Source of the DNA: Nitrospirae bacterium CG02_land_8_20_14_3_00_41_53
Lineage (GTDB): Bacteria; Nitrospirota; Thermodesulfovibrionia; Thermodesulfovibrionales; SM23-35
Direction: 5' to 3'
Length of the DNA: 51,315 bases
Assembly: GCA_002780895.1 (NCBI GenBank)
Contig: PEUB01000106.1
Coordinates: 1 to 51,315 of the forward strand
The position numbers and the translations under genes are program-made. A model generated the notes under the pieces. It was not told the origin of the DNA. It searched no databases and saw nothing but the letters and a program-made list of their open reading frames with translations. Positions 31,217 through 41,274 of this stretch are shown here, one piece after another (positions within the stretch are counted from its first letter, which is position 1; every line of letters starts with the position of its first letter).

Positions 31217-31576
31217 ATGAAAAAGCTGACAGCAGTGATACTACTTTCGTTTGTTATGCTCTGTTTGCTGGCTCCGCTTGTACTTGCTGAGGAAGCTGCT
31301 GCCCCCGAAGCCCAAGGTGGCGCCCAAACGAAGATGTTTTATTATGGATTGGCGGCACTCGGCTGTAGTATTGCTATCGGACTCGGAGCACTCGGCGCAG
31401 GCATTGGACAGGGTATCAGTACAAGCAAGGCATGTGAAGGCATTGCCAGAAATCCAGCCACAGCAGGAAAGGTCACAACAACCCTTATCATCGGTCTCGC
31501 AATGATGGAATCTCTTACAATTTACGCCCTTGTTGTGGCCCTGATAATCCTTTTTGTGAATCCATTCAAGATTTAA
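31217..31576 (+). CDS. atpE: F0 ATP synthase subunit c with N-terminal extension
   Basis: GIGQG...ARNP...MESLTIY; RBS AGGAGG before ATG31217. Confidence 0.95.
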   Translation: MKKLTAVILLSFVMLCLLAPLVLAEEAAAPEAQGGAQTKMFYYGLAALGCSIAIGLGALGAGIGQGISTSKACEGIARNPATAGKVTTTLIIGLAMMESLTIYALVVALIILFVNPFKI

Positions 31577-31598
31577 GGCGTACAATATTTCTTAAAGT

Positions 31599-31630
31599 AA
31601 AAGGGCAGATATTCTGCCCTTTTATTTTTC
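31599..31630 (+). terminator. Intrinsic terminator after atpE
   Basis: AAAAGGGCAGA-tat-TCTGCCCTTTT followed by a T-rich run. Confidence 0.85.
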
Positions 31631-31714
31631 TGTGGTCTTCCTCCCGGTTTTTAGAAAAGAATAAATAGTCTTGACATCAGAGGGTCATTAGCGGGTAAGC
31701 TAAAACGAGCAACA

Positions 31715-32482
31715 ATGACAGTTGAGAATATTTACTCAAGACTAAGACAGACGGCTATAAGAACCGCAGAGTCACTGGGCGAGCTATCTTTTTATCCCAA
31801 TCACAAAGTCGAATTAGAGATATCACGTGAATCGTTTAAAACAGACATGCTCATAAAAAAAAGCCTCTCTTATATTGATGAGGCGTCTCTGAACGCTGGA
31901 CACGGTCTATCACATGCCGAGGCAGTAGCGCTTGATGCAGGGACTGTTATACAAGTCGAAGGCAGGCTTCAGAACATTAGCAGCAGCATGATACGCGAAC
32001 TAGTCGTTTATGTGCAGATAGCAGCTCTCCTTCACGACATAAAGCGTAAGGAAAAAGATCATACCATCGCTGGAAGCAATGAGGCAAGGAGGATACTGAA
32101 TGATTTTCTGATAGATGACAGCTATAAACGGTACATAGTTGCAGCCATCAGAAATCATGAGGCGTTTAAAGAGGTTTTAGAATCCGAAGATGAGAAGGCA
32201 GAACTAATCAGCAACTCATTGTATGATGCGGATAAGTTCAGATGGGGACCTGATAACTTTACCACCACGCTATGGCTGATGCTGGATTCTAATGATATGC
32301 CTGTGGAGATGTTATACAAAAATTTTTCAGGAAACTTAAAATATATAGAAAGAGTCAAGGCTACTTTCAGAACCCAGATCGGTAAAAAGTATGGCCCGGA
32401 GTTTATTGATATGGGTATTATAATTGGTCAGGCCATTTATAAAGAGATGTCTGCAATAATAGGCACTCAGTCAAAAATCTAA
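31715..32482 (+). CDS. HD-domain protein
   Basis: HGLSH, LLHD, IRNHE and LYDADK motifs. Confidence 0.75.
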   Translation: MTVENIYSRLRQTAIRTAESLGELSFYPNHKVELEISRESFKTDMLIKKSLSYIDEASLNAGHGLSHAEAVALDAGTVIQVEGRLQNISSSMIRELVVYVQIAALLHDIKRKEKDHTIAGSNEARRILNDFLIDDSYKRYIVAAIRNHEAFKEVLESEDEKAELISNSLYDADKFRWGPDNFTTTLWLMLDSNDMPVEMLYKNFSGNLKYIERVKATFRTQIGKKYGPEFIDMGIIIGQAIYKEMSAIIGTQSKI

Positions 32483-32646
32483 TACTGCATATTAGCTGAG
32501 GCAAACAGGACAGCCCACAATTCTTTATTGCAAAATTAGGTCTCTTATGATAAAGTCATTTATAGTTTGAGGGCGCTGGGGGTTGCTTTTCCCCTTGTGA
32601 GCCCTAAGTTTACCCTCTTATCAAATATTATAGTTAATAAATTAGA

Positions 32647-33666
32647 ATGGAGTTCCCTGTAGATACAGATATTTTGATCCAGCCTCCCCAGATTATGGGG
32701 AAAAGCCCAAAGATGCTTAAAGTTTTCAAGGGTATCGGGCGGGTTGCCATAAAAGACCTGGCAGTTCTTATATCGGGGGAGAGTGGAACATATAAGGAAC
32801 TGGTTGCAAAGGCGATACACTATAACAGCCTGCGCCTTAATGGTCCTTTTATTGCGGTCAGCTTCGTATCTATCCCCAAGGACATTATCGAGGCGGAGTT
32901 ATTTGGATATGAAAAAGGTGCATTCACAGGGGCGACTGAAAAAAGAACCGGTAAGATAGAGGAGGCAAATAAAGGAACACTCTTTCTCGATGAGATATTA
33001 GAGGTAGACTTAAAGCTCCAGGCAAAGATCCTGCGTTTTATACGGGAAAAGGAATTTAATCCTCTCAACAGTAATAATTCATTTAAGGCAGATGTCAGGA
33101 TAATTGCTGCAACCAACAAGGACATGAAAGAGGCTGTATCTAACGGGAAATTTATAGAAGACCTTTTTAATAGTTTCAATCATTTACATATCAAGCTACC
33201 TCCCCTCAGAGAAAGAAAAGAGGATATACTGCCCATTGCAAAACATTTCCTGAAAGAAGCTATCAGGAAATTTGAAACAGAACCGAAGGAACTCTCTAAA
33301 GATGCAAAGGATTTTCTTGTAAGATACGAGTGGCCAGGGAACGTGCGCGAGCTGGAGAATACTATAAAAAGAGCTGCCGTGCTTTCAAGAGGTGCAGTTA
33401 TAGGAAAAAAGGACCTCCTGCTTGAAGACGTCGGTTCTTACTCGATTAAGGAGTTCCTCGAGGAAAAACTTAGACGTTATTTAAAAGAAATGACAAAACT
33501 TGAAAACTGTTACCTCTATGAGACTGTGCTTTCGGAGGTAGAAAGTTCGCTTATTACGATAGTCCTTAAAGAGACTGGAGGCAACCAGCTCAAGGCTGCA
33601 AAAACTCTTGGTATAAATAGAAATACCTTAAGGGCAAAGATAAAAAAATACAAAATCCGCATATAA
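32647..33666 (+). CDS. Sigma-54 activator-like AAA+/Fis-HTH protein lacking a sensor domain
   Basis: ELFGYEKGAFTGA, WPGNVREL, GNQLKAAKTLGINRNTL; degenerate Walker A. Confidence 0.85.
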   Translation: MEFPVDTDILIQPPQIMGKSPKMLKVFKGIGRVAIKDLAVLISGESGTYKELVAKAIHYNSLRLNGPFIAVSFVSIPKDIIEAELFGYEKGAFTGATEKRTGKIEEANKGTLFLDEILEVDLKLQAKILRFIREKEFNPLNSNNSFKADVRIIAATNKDMKEAVSNGKFIEDLFNSFNHLHIKLPPLRERKEDILPIAKHFLKEAIRKFETEPKELSKDAKDFLVRYEWPGNVRELENTIKRAAVLSRGAVIGKKDLLLEDVGSYSIKEFLEEKLRRYLKEMTKLENCYLYETVLSEVESSLITIVLKETGGNQLKAAKTLGINRNTLRAKIKKYKIRI

Positions 33667-33948
33667 TTGCTACTCCCATGAGCCTTGAGGGCAATGGAGA
33701 ATGTCAAACCTGATCTTTCAATCTCAGCAGGTGATATCACCTTCTTTCTCAAATCGAACCCCGACTGTAGGTGAAACGATAACCATCTAATCTCTCTTTC
33801 TTTAATGTTTTTTCAATGAGCTTGCTCTTTTTAGATGGTATAAGTTTCCCCTTTAAATATGATACTGGAATCCTATCTCTGGATGCTTTTTTAAGTAATT
33901 TTACTGTTTTTCTTTTCATTTGAAAGCATTGTTTATCTTTTGTTTATA

Positions 33949-34608
33949 TTATATGCCAGTGTATTTCGGTTCAGTAATAAAATACTTTTTGAACCATTCC
34001 GCAGCAAGGCGCGCGACTTCCTCCAACGCTCCAGGCTCTTCGAAAAGGTGTGTGGCGCCAGGAATTATCTTCATTTGTTTTTTCGCCTTTACCATGTCGT
34101 ATGCCTTTTTGTTAAGTTCTATAACTACGTGGTCTTCGCCTCCTGCAATGAGAAGTATAGGGGCGATGACTTTTCCAATCGCATCCTTTGCGAGGTCCGG
34201 TCTTCCACCTCTTGAGACGATAGCCTTGATCTCTTTGCCGAAGTCTGCAGCCGCAACCAAAGCAACCGCTGTTCCGGTGCTAGCGCCGAAGTAGCCTATC
34301 TTCAGATTCGCAGTCTCGGGCTGCCCCTTGACCCACAGCGTAGCGGCCTTCAGACGACCGGTGAGCAGGGGGATATTGAAGCGGTTCTCATAGACCTCAT
34401 CCTCCTTTGTGGTCAAGAGGTCAAAAAGCAGTGTGCCCATGCCTGCCTTTTGCAAAACACCTGCCACGAACCTGTTTCTCGGGCTCAACCGGCTGCTGCC
34501 GCTGCCGTGAGCGAATATTACCAACACTATTGCATCCTTTGGAATTGTAAGAATGCCTTCAAGTTTCACGGAATCAACTGGAATCTTTACCTGTCTCTCT
34601 TCAGCCAT
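33949..34608 (-). CDS. Dienelactone hydrolase-family alpha/beta hydrolase
   Basis: FAHGSGSSRLSPRN, GYFGASTG, VSRGGRPDLA, HLFEEPG. Confidence 0.88.
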   Translation of the reverse strand: MAEERQVKIPVDSVKLEGILTIPKDAIVLVIFAHGSGSSRLSPRNRFVAGVLQKAGMGTLLFDLLTTKEDEVYENRFNIPLLTGRLKAATLWVKGQPETANLKIGYFGASTGTAVALVAAADFGKEIKAIVSRGGRPDLAKDAIGKVIAPILLIAGGEDHVVIELNKKAYDMVKAKKQMKIIPGATHLFEEPGALEEVARLAAEWFKKYFITEPKYTGI

Positions 34609-34739
34609 GTTATCCCCCTCATTGGAGCCCCCGATTCTTTTAGAATCTCTGCCACTTCCTCATCAGTAACCTGAGTAAAATCCTGATAATAGTTCCCTAC
34701 AGCCATGAAATCTGACGGCGTGTAGAGGCAGATGAACTC
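34587..34739 (-). pseudogene. C-terminal remnant of a phosphoribosyltransferase
   Basis: EFICLYTPSDFMAVGNYYQDFTQVTDEEVAEIL; this family is commonly adjacent to or fused with the hydrolase downstream. Confidence 0.7.
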
Positions 34740-34805
34740 AGTTGTAAACCTACATCTCTTCTATCAGTGAACATATTAACTCCAAGTTAGATAAAAAAAA
34801 CATCT

Positions 34806-34890
34806 TACAAGTGTCCCGGCTGCCAGAACTGGGAGATAGCGCATTGGAAAGAAGGGACAATGTATTCAGAATATCTCTCTCCTGAGGAAT
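34806..34890 (+). pseudogene. Fragment of a radical SAM (PFL-activase/AmmeMemoRadiSam-like) gene
   Basis: YKCPGCQNWEIAH...LSPEE, with the first Cys of CxxxCxxC missing. Confidence 0.5.
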
Positions 34891-35012
34891 GGGAGATATC
34901 TTTTCATTCTCGAAATGTTGAAGAAAGGCTCAAAAAACTCGGCATTACATACTACACTGCCCATAGACCTGACAATATTCCATCTGAGCAAATATAAAGC
35001 TACTCGCGGCAA

Positions 35013-35230
35013 TTATTCCTTAATCCCTCTGCATTCACATTTCATGGGGCATCGATCGCAGAAGCCTTTTCCACAGTAATCCTTGCCGAGCCTTAAAAGG
35101 GCTGCCTCGAAATAAGGAACCACTTGAAGATTTCTTCTGGATTCTGTAAAGAAAGATCGATACCCAGGGCAACAGAAAACCTCCCCCCAACACTTTCGAT
35201 AAGTTTTTTTAGAATCCTTCTGTCATCCAT
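35013..35230 (-). pseudogene. Internally deleted gene (possibly HhH DNA-glycosylase-like)
   Basis: N-terminus MDDRR...LGIDLS...EIFKWFL joined out of frame to C-terminus FEAALLRLGKDYCGKGFCDRCPMKCEC. Confidence 0.5.
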
Positions 35231-35444
35231 TTCTCCCTTCCCTTACTCCGTACTTTCCCTTCAAAATTCCTCTCGGCTTTTTTCCGGCTTTTTTGGCGGC
35301 GGCACTATCCAACCTTGCATTTTTACCTCTCCTTATATTTTGCTCAAGTAGAAAGTTGTAGACGGAGGGGTCACATTTTTTCCATGCAAGTCAATAACAG
35401 GTTAACACACTATATGCCATTTTCCTAACCTCCCTTCCTGTGTA

Positions 35445-35531
35445 TTATTCAATCATTACTTTTTTCTCTTTTTTCTTAGCTTCTTCAGTCTTTGGTATTC
35501 TTATCTCCAGTACCCCATCTTTAAATTTTGC
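35445..35531 (-). pseudogene. C-terminal remnant of an Hsp20 small heat-shock protein
   Basis: AKFKDGVLEIRIPKTEEAKKKEKKVMIE*. Confidence 0.75.
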
Positions 35532-35743
35532 AGATTATCCCGTCCTGAGTATCGCAATTCCTTTTCTTAAATATAAGAATACTCTCTTAATAATATATTT
35601 CAATAGGTGATTAGATCGATAAAAAGAATGCCTTAGCCGATTTCATTATGGTAATTAGTTTTTATCTATTATTTTTTCTCGAAATCAATAATATTTAAGC
35701 TTTTTCATGAACAATAACAATAATAACCAGAAAAAATAATTCG

Positions 35744-36076
35744 ATGATTATTAAAGTGGAATCTTTAAAAGATTTAAAAAAATTGATAAATGGGAAAAAG
35801 AATCAAGATATCAATGTGATACAACTTAATACCATTGCAAAAGAAGTTCAGAATGAATATAAGCGAGCTGCATCAGAGGTGGGAATCAAGATTGACGAAT
35901 TGAAAGCCATGTGGGATAGGATAACCAAGGCAAAAACCCTTATCAGCGAAGCAAAGAATGAATTAATAACCCGTAACCTGAGATTGGTAGTGAATGTTGC
36001 TAAGAATTATATTGGAAGAGGTCTTTCCTTGCTTGACCTTGAAAACTTAAACATTCAAAGAGGCGCAGTGCATTGA
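35744..36076 (+). pseudogene. Fragment of an RpoD-type sigma-70 factor
   Basis: AKNELITRNLRLVVNVAKNYIGRGLSLLDL (regions 2.1-2.2), broken before the expected IQEG; no regions 3-4. Confidence 0.75.
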
Positions 36077-36089
36077 AGGTCTTAATCGG

Positions 36090-36324
36090 TTAACTTTCTA
36101 TTACTGTCACAGTACTGGCCTGCGGTCCCTTTTCACCCTGTTCTTCCACAAAACGCACCTCCATTCCGACCTTCAGGTGCTTAAAGGGGAACTTCCACCA
36201 CGATTCTGCATCTCATGATTTGGTCGTAATATTTATCTAAGTTCTCCGCCTTCTTGCGGATGTCTTCCCTGAAAGTTTCGGGAAGATCAAAATTGCGGGC
36301 AGTAATTTGCAGCGGAAGTCTCAT
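36090..36324 (-). pseudogene. Internally deleted HPF/RaiA plus cold-shock-domain gene
   Basis: MRLPLQITARN...CRIVVEVP joined out of frame to FKHLKVGMEVRFVEEQGEKGPQASTV. Confidence 0.8.
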
Positions 36325-36462
36325 ATTATTTCCTCCATCAAACAACTTCAATATTAATGTTTCCATACTAACAATCAATGAAGCTCAAGTCAATACGTAA
36401 CTAAACAAATAAAGGGATCATGAGGTGTTGCTTGTTTCTAACTTATTGATTATACTATAAAT

Positions 36463-36497
36463 GCGTGGGGCTCATAACCCGAAGGTCAGAGGGTCAA
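36463..36497 (+). tRNA. Remnant of tRNA-fMet (anticodon arm to T-stem only)
   Basis: GGGCTCATAACCCGAAGGTC matches the initiator-tRNA anticodon arm and variable loop; no acceptor 5' strand or D-arm. Confidence 0.6.
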
Positions 36498-36629
36498 TAT
36501 GCTATAGGCTATCAGGACAAAAAGTCTTGATAGCCTGAGTTACTTTAACAGGACAAATGCAGGGCAGAAAATCCGAAATTGTCCCCGCCGCCGATAATGA
36601 AGGAATATGGAAATAGAAAAAAAGATTAA

Positions 36630-37610
<981 letters not shown>

Positions 37611-37618
37611 ACTTTCCC

Positions 37619-39133
37619 ATGCTAAATAATTATGCAACTAATTCAAACCCTTTGGAAAAAAAATTATACCAGCTTATTATCAGCAGGCTTAATGGTGAAG
37701 GCATCAGTTCAGTATCTTATCAGGGAGAAATATTTAAACTCGTAAGAAAGGGGATTGGTGGATTTATAATCTTTGGTGGTAAAAAAGATGAGGTAAGACA
37801 TTTCATTGAAAAAATCCAGTCGATCTCGGAGACGAGCCTGTTTATAGCATCGGACATCGAACGGGGGGTATCGCAGCAAATACAAAAAAGCACCATATTC
37901 CCATGCCAGATGGCTATCGCAGCAGCCATTGAGAAAAATAGACCTGAAGATGTTACGGTCATCGAAAGTGCGGTAAAGGCAATAGCAGATGAGGCGAAGG
38001 ATATCGGAATAAACATGCCCCTCATCCCTGTTCTTGATATAAATCAAAATCCTGATAATCCCATTATTTGCACGAGGGCATTCTCTGACAACCCTGGAGA
38101 TGTGGCATGGTTCGGCTCAAAATATATAAAAACATTAGAGAGTTCAGGACTTATAAGTTGTGCCAAGCATTTTCCAGGACATGGGGATACATCCACAGAC
38201 TCGCATATCTTGCTCCCTGTCATCAACAAATCTTACGAAGACTTGATGAATATGGATATAATGCCATTCAGAGAGGCCATTAAAACAGGTGTCAGCAGTA
38301 TCATGATTGGACATTTAAGTATTCCGGCCATTGATTATAAACCTGCAAGCTTATCAAAAAAGATAATCAGCGGTATATTGAGGGAAAAGCTTGGATTTGA
38401 GGGTCTTGTACTGACAGATGCCCTGAACATGAATGCCTTGAAAGACATCAAGAATGTCTCTGTACAGTGCATAAAGGCAGGTGCTGACATATTGCTGCAC
38501 CCTGTTAAAGCTGATTTAACGGTTAAAGAACTCATATCAGCTGTTAGAACAGGTGTTATTGCAGAGGAACAGATAGATTCAACAATAAACCGCATATTAA
38601 AAATAAAGGAAAAAATTAAATATGATAAACAACATTTTAGTTATGAAAACCATGAAAAACTTTCCTATCTTATCACTGAAATGTCCATAACCATTGTAAA
38701 GAATACCGCAGGAATATTGCCAACTTCTGAGGGGAATAAGACCCATTTAGTTTTTTGCGGGGATAATAAATTTTTTGAATCATCTCCATTAAAGACATAT
38801 TTCAAAGATATCTCAACAATTACCGATACGCTGGAGTTAAAAAATAAAATCGCCATATTTGCCATATTTACAAGTGTCGCTGCATGGAGAGGAAGTTCAG
38901 GGATAGATGAGGATGAAAAGGATAGGATTAATGAACTCATTGGAAAGGCTGAGAATTCCATTGTCATTTCCTTCGGTAATCCTTATATTTTGCGGTATTT
39001 TAAGAGAGCTGATGTACTTATTGCTGCTTATGAGCCAACTGAGCAGGCACAAAAGGCTGTCATAAAGTGTTTAACAGGAGAAATGGATTTTAAAGGCCGA
39101 CTTCCTGTGAAACTTGATATTTATGCGATTTGA
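37619..39133 (+). CDS. GH3 beta-N-acetylglucosaminidase (NagZ-like)
   Basis: KHFPGHG...DSH and TDALNM motifs; GH3 C-terminal domain. Confidence 0.88.
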   Translation: MLNNYATNSNPLEKKLYQLIISRLNGEGISSVSYQGEIFKLVRKGIGGFIIFGGKKDEVRHFIEKIQSISETSLFIASDIERGVSQQIQKSTIFPCQMAIAAAIEKNRPEDVTVIESAVKAIADEAKDIGINMPLIPVLDINQNPDNPIICTRAFSDNPGDVAWFGSKYIKTLESSGLISCAKHFPGHGDTSTDSHILLPVINKSYEDLMNMDIMPFREAIKTGVSSIMIGHLSIPAIDYKPASLSKKIISGILREKLGFEGLVLTDALNMNALKDIKNVSVQCIKAGADILLHPVKADLTVKELISAVRTGVIAEEQIDSTINRILKIKEKIKYDKQHFSYENHEKLSYLITEMSITIVKNTAGILPTSEGNKTHLVFCGDNKFFESSPLKTYFKDISTITDTLELKNKIAIFAIFTSVAAWRGSSGIDEDEKDRINELIGKAENSIVISFGNPYILRYFKRADVLIAAYEPTEQAQKAVIKCLTGEMDFKGRLPVKLDIYAI

Positions 39134-40373
39134 TATTTCTCCATATCTTCAGGTATTCCGCAGCCCGAGTATTGCTGTAGTGACATTTCTTGGTTTTTCC
39201 TCGGGGCTTCCTTTAGCCCTGACCAGCGGTACTTTACAGGCATGGATGACAGTGGCCGGCATAGATTTGCGCACTATCGGTATATTTGCACTTGTGGGAT
39301 TGCCTTATACATTGAAATTCCTTTGGTCACCGTTTATGGATCGTTTTATTCCTCCATGGCTGGGAAGACGTCGAGGCTGGATAATCATAACTCAATTTAG
39401 TCTTATTATTGGTATTTCAGCCATGGCTTTTAGCTCCCCACATCAAGCTCCATTGCTGTTAGCTGCACTTGCCATGATGGTAGCTTTTAGTTCTGCCTCT
39501 CAGGATATTGTGATTGATGCATACCGTACCGATGTTTTACAGGAACAACAGCGTGGGGTAGGGGCTGCCGTGTTTGTAATGGGCTATCGAATTGCAATGC
39601 TCGTCTCAGGGGCGCTGGCGCTTGTTCTATCCGATTATATAGGCTGGCGGAACACTTATTTATTAATGGCCGGAATAATGGGAGTAGGAATAATAACAAC
39701 ACTATTAGGGACCGAGCCTGACACAAGGATAGTGCCTCCTCAAGGCATTCGAGAGGCTGTATGGGGGCCTTTAAGAGATTACTTTTCGAGAAACTCTGCC
39801 ATTTGGCTTTTATTTTTAATAGTACTCTATAAGTTAGGAGATGCTTATGCAAGCTCGCTGACTACTGCGTTTCTTATCAGGGGGGTGGGCTTTTCTGTAA
39901 GCGATGTGGGTACCATAAATAAGGGACTTGGTGTCGTCTCACTGATTGTGGGTGCAATGTTTGGAGGCACTTTAATGATCAGGCTGGGGCTTTTCCGCTC
40001 CCTGGTAATCTTTGGTATACTTCAGGCTGTATCAAATCTTTCATTCATGGTTTTAGCATGGATGGGTAAAAGTTATGGTATGTTGATTTTTGCTATCGCC
40101 TTTGAAAACATGAGCGGTGGTATGGGTACCGCAGCCTTTGTCTCACTTCTAATGGCGTTGTGTAATCATCGCTACACTGCAACACAGTACGCACTATTGT
40201 CATCGATTGCTGCTCTTGGTCGGATATTTATATCACCAACATCAGGCTATCTGGTGGAGTCAATAGGCTGGGCCAGTTTCTTTTTTATAACCTTTCTTGT
40301 TGCCCTGCCTGGATTGTTGCTTTTGTGGTGGCTGCGACATAAAATTGACGGGTTGAAAAGCGAGGCCAGTTGA
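39123..40373 (+). CDS. ampG: Muropeptide MFS transporter AmpG
   Basis: LGFSSGLP, LGRRRGW, SQDIVIDAYR, YKLGD, TATQYALL. Confidence 0.92.
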   Translation: MRFDISPYLQVFRSPSIAVVTFLGFSSGLPLALTSGTLQAWMTVAGIDLRTIGIFALVGLPYTLKFLWSPFMDRFIPPWLGRRRGWIIITQFSLIIGISAMAFSSPHQAPLLLAALAMMVAFSSASQDIVIDAYRTDVLQEQQRGVGAAVFVMGYRIAMLVSGALALVLSDYIGWRNTYLLMAGIMGVGIITTLLGTEPDTRIVPPQGIREAVWGPLRDYFSRNSAIWLLFLIVLYKLGDAYASSLTTAFLIRGVGFSVSDVGTINKGLGVVSLIVGAMFGGTLMIRLGLFRSLVIFGILQAVSNLSFMVLAWMGKSYGMLIFAIAFENMSGGMGTAAFVSLLMALCNHRYTATQYALLSSIAALGRIFISPTSGYLVESIGWASFFFITFLVALPGLLLLWWLRHKIDGLKSEAS

Positions 40374-40374
40374 T

Positions 40375-41118
40375 TTAAATTGGTCTGAAAACAATTATAC
40401 CTGGTTTGCCAACTATATAATTTTTAAAATCCTGATCAACTACTTTTCTATGTTTTTTTAGAGAAGAAGCATGACGTAAATAAATTTTATCTCCATCTTC
40501 GATAATAATTCCTACATGCGAAACGTCTAAACCCTTTAATGTGGAATATATGCCGACATAATCCCCTGTTCTCAGTTTATTCAAAACTGAAACATCAATC
40601 GCATCTGAAGGAATATATATGATTTCTCGCTGCACAGGGCGAATCCCAGGCAGAAAACATGTCCTGTCTTCCTTAACATTCAGCGTTTTTTGTACTCTTA
40701 TGGTCTTTTTAGCACGGATTTTTTCAGTAACGTCATTAACAAAGTCAGGATTAAAATCCCGCCAATCAGTGAAGAAGTGATTTCTATTCTCAAAGGCAAC
40801 TATTCCTGATTTGTATCTTACCTTTCTTAAATTTACCTTAAATTCGGGAAAAGAGCCTGATAACCGCATTGCCTCTATGTAATCGATAAAGGTAAAACAA
40901 TCAACTCCTTTCAGATTTATCATGAAAACCTCTGGTATGTTTATATCTCCAATTAAAGTTGATTCGACATAATCTAAATCCAGAAAATTTCTGGAAAGAA
41001 AGTCTATCCGGCTGGCAACATCCTTAATTTTAGATGATTTTTGTATGATACGATCTAATCCTTCCTGCAAAAATTTACCTAAAATGATGATCTCTTCGGT
41101 ACGGAATGTTTTAAACAT
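40375..41118 (-). CDS. DUF1460/AmiA-like NlpC/P60 muramoyl amidase
   Basis: DCFTF, RNHFFTDW, GLDVSHVG and HASS motifs; likely start ATG41118. Confidence 0.8.
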   Translation of the reverse strand: MFKTFRTEEIIILGKFLQEGLDRIIQKSSKIKDVASRIDFLSRNFLDLDYVESTLIGDINIPEVFMINLKGVDCFTFIDYIEAMRLSGSFPEFKVNLRKVRYKSGIVAFENRNHFFTDWRDFNPDFVNDVTEKIRAKKTIRVQKTLNVKEDRTCFLPGIRPVQREIIYIPSDAIDVSVLNKLRTGDYVGIYSTLKGLDVSHVGIIIEDGDKIYLRHASSLKKHRKVVDQDFKNYIVGKPGIIVFRPI

Positions 41119-41214
41119 AGTATTTTTCTGTGGTATGATAACAAAAATTCTCAATGTCAATAAAATAATGAAACATTCATGTCTTAAAAGACACAAAATA
41201 TAATGAAAATTTGT

Positions 41215-41260
41215 AATCCCCCTATACCCCCCCTTTAGAAAAGGGGGGCGAGGGGGGATT
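41215..41260. repeat. Intergenic copy of the C/G-tract palindrome
   Basis: AATCCCCCTATACCCCCCC-TTTAGAAAA-GGGGGGCGAGGGGGGATT, with outer TGAAAAT/ATTTTCA arms. Confidence 0.9.
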
Positions 41261-41274
41261 TGAGGTATTTTCAG

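Noticed and set aside
30487-31576. atpB-atpE separated from the other atp genes
   Set aside because: Split atp operons are common in several lineages, so this is not unusual by itself
33749-33919. 56-codon Lys-rich ORF on the minus strand downstream of the hydrolase
   Set aside because: No recognisable motif; cannot be distinguished from a chance ORF or remnant without a search
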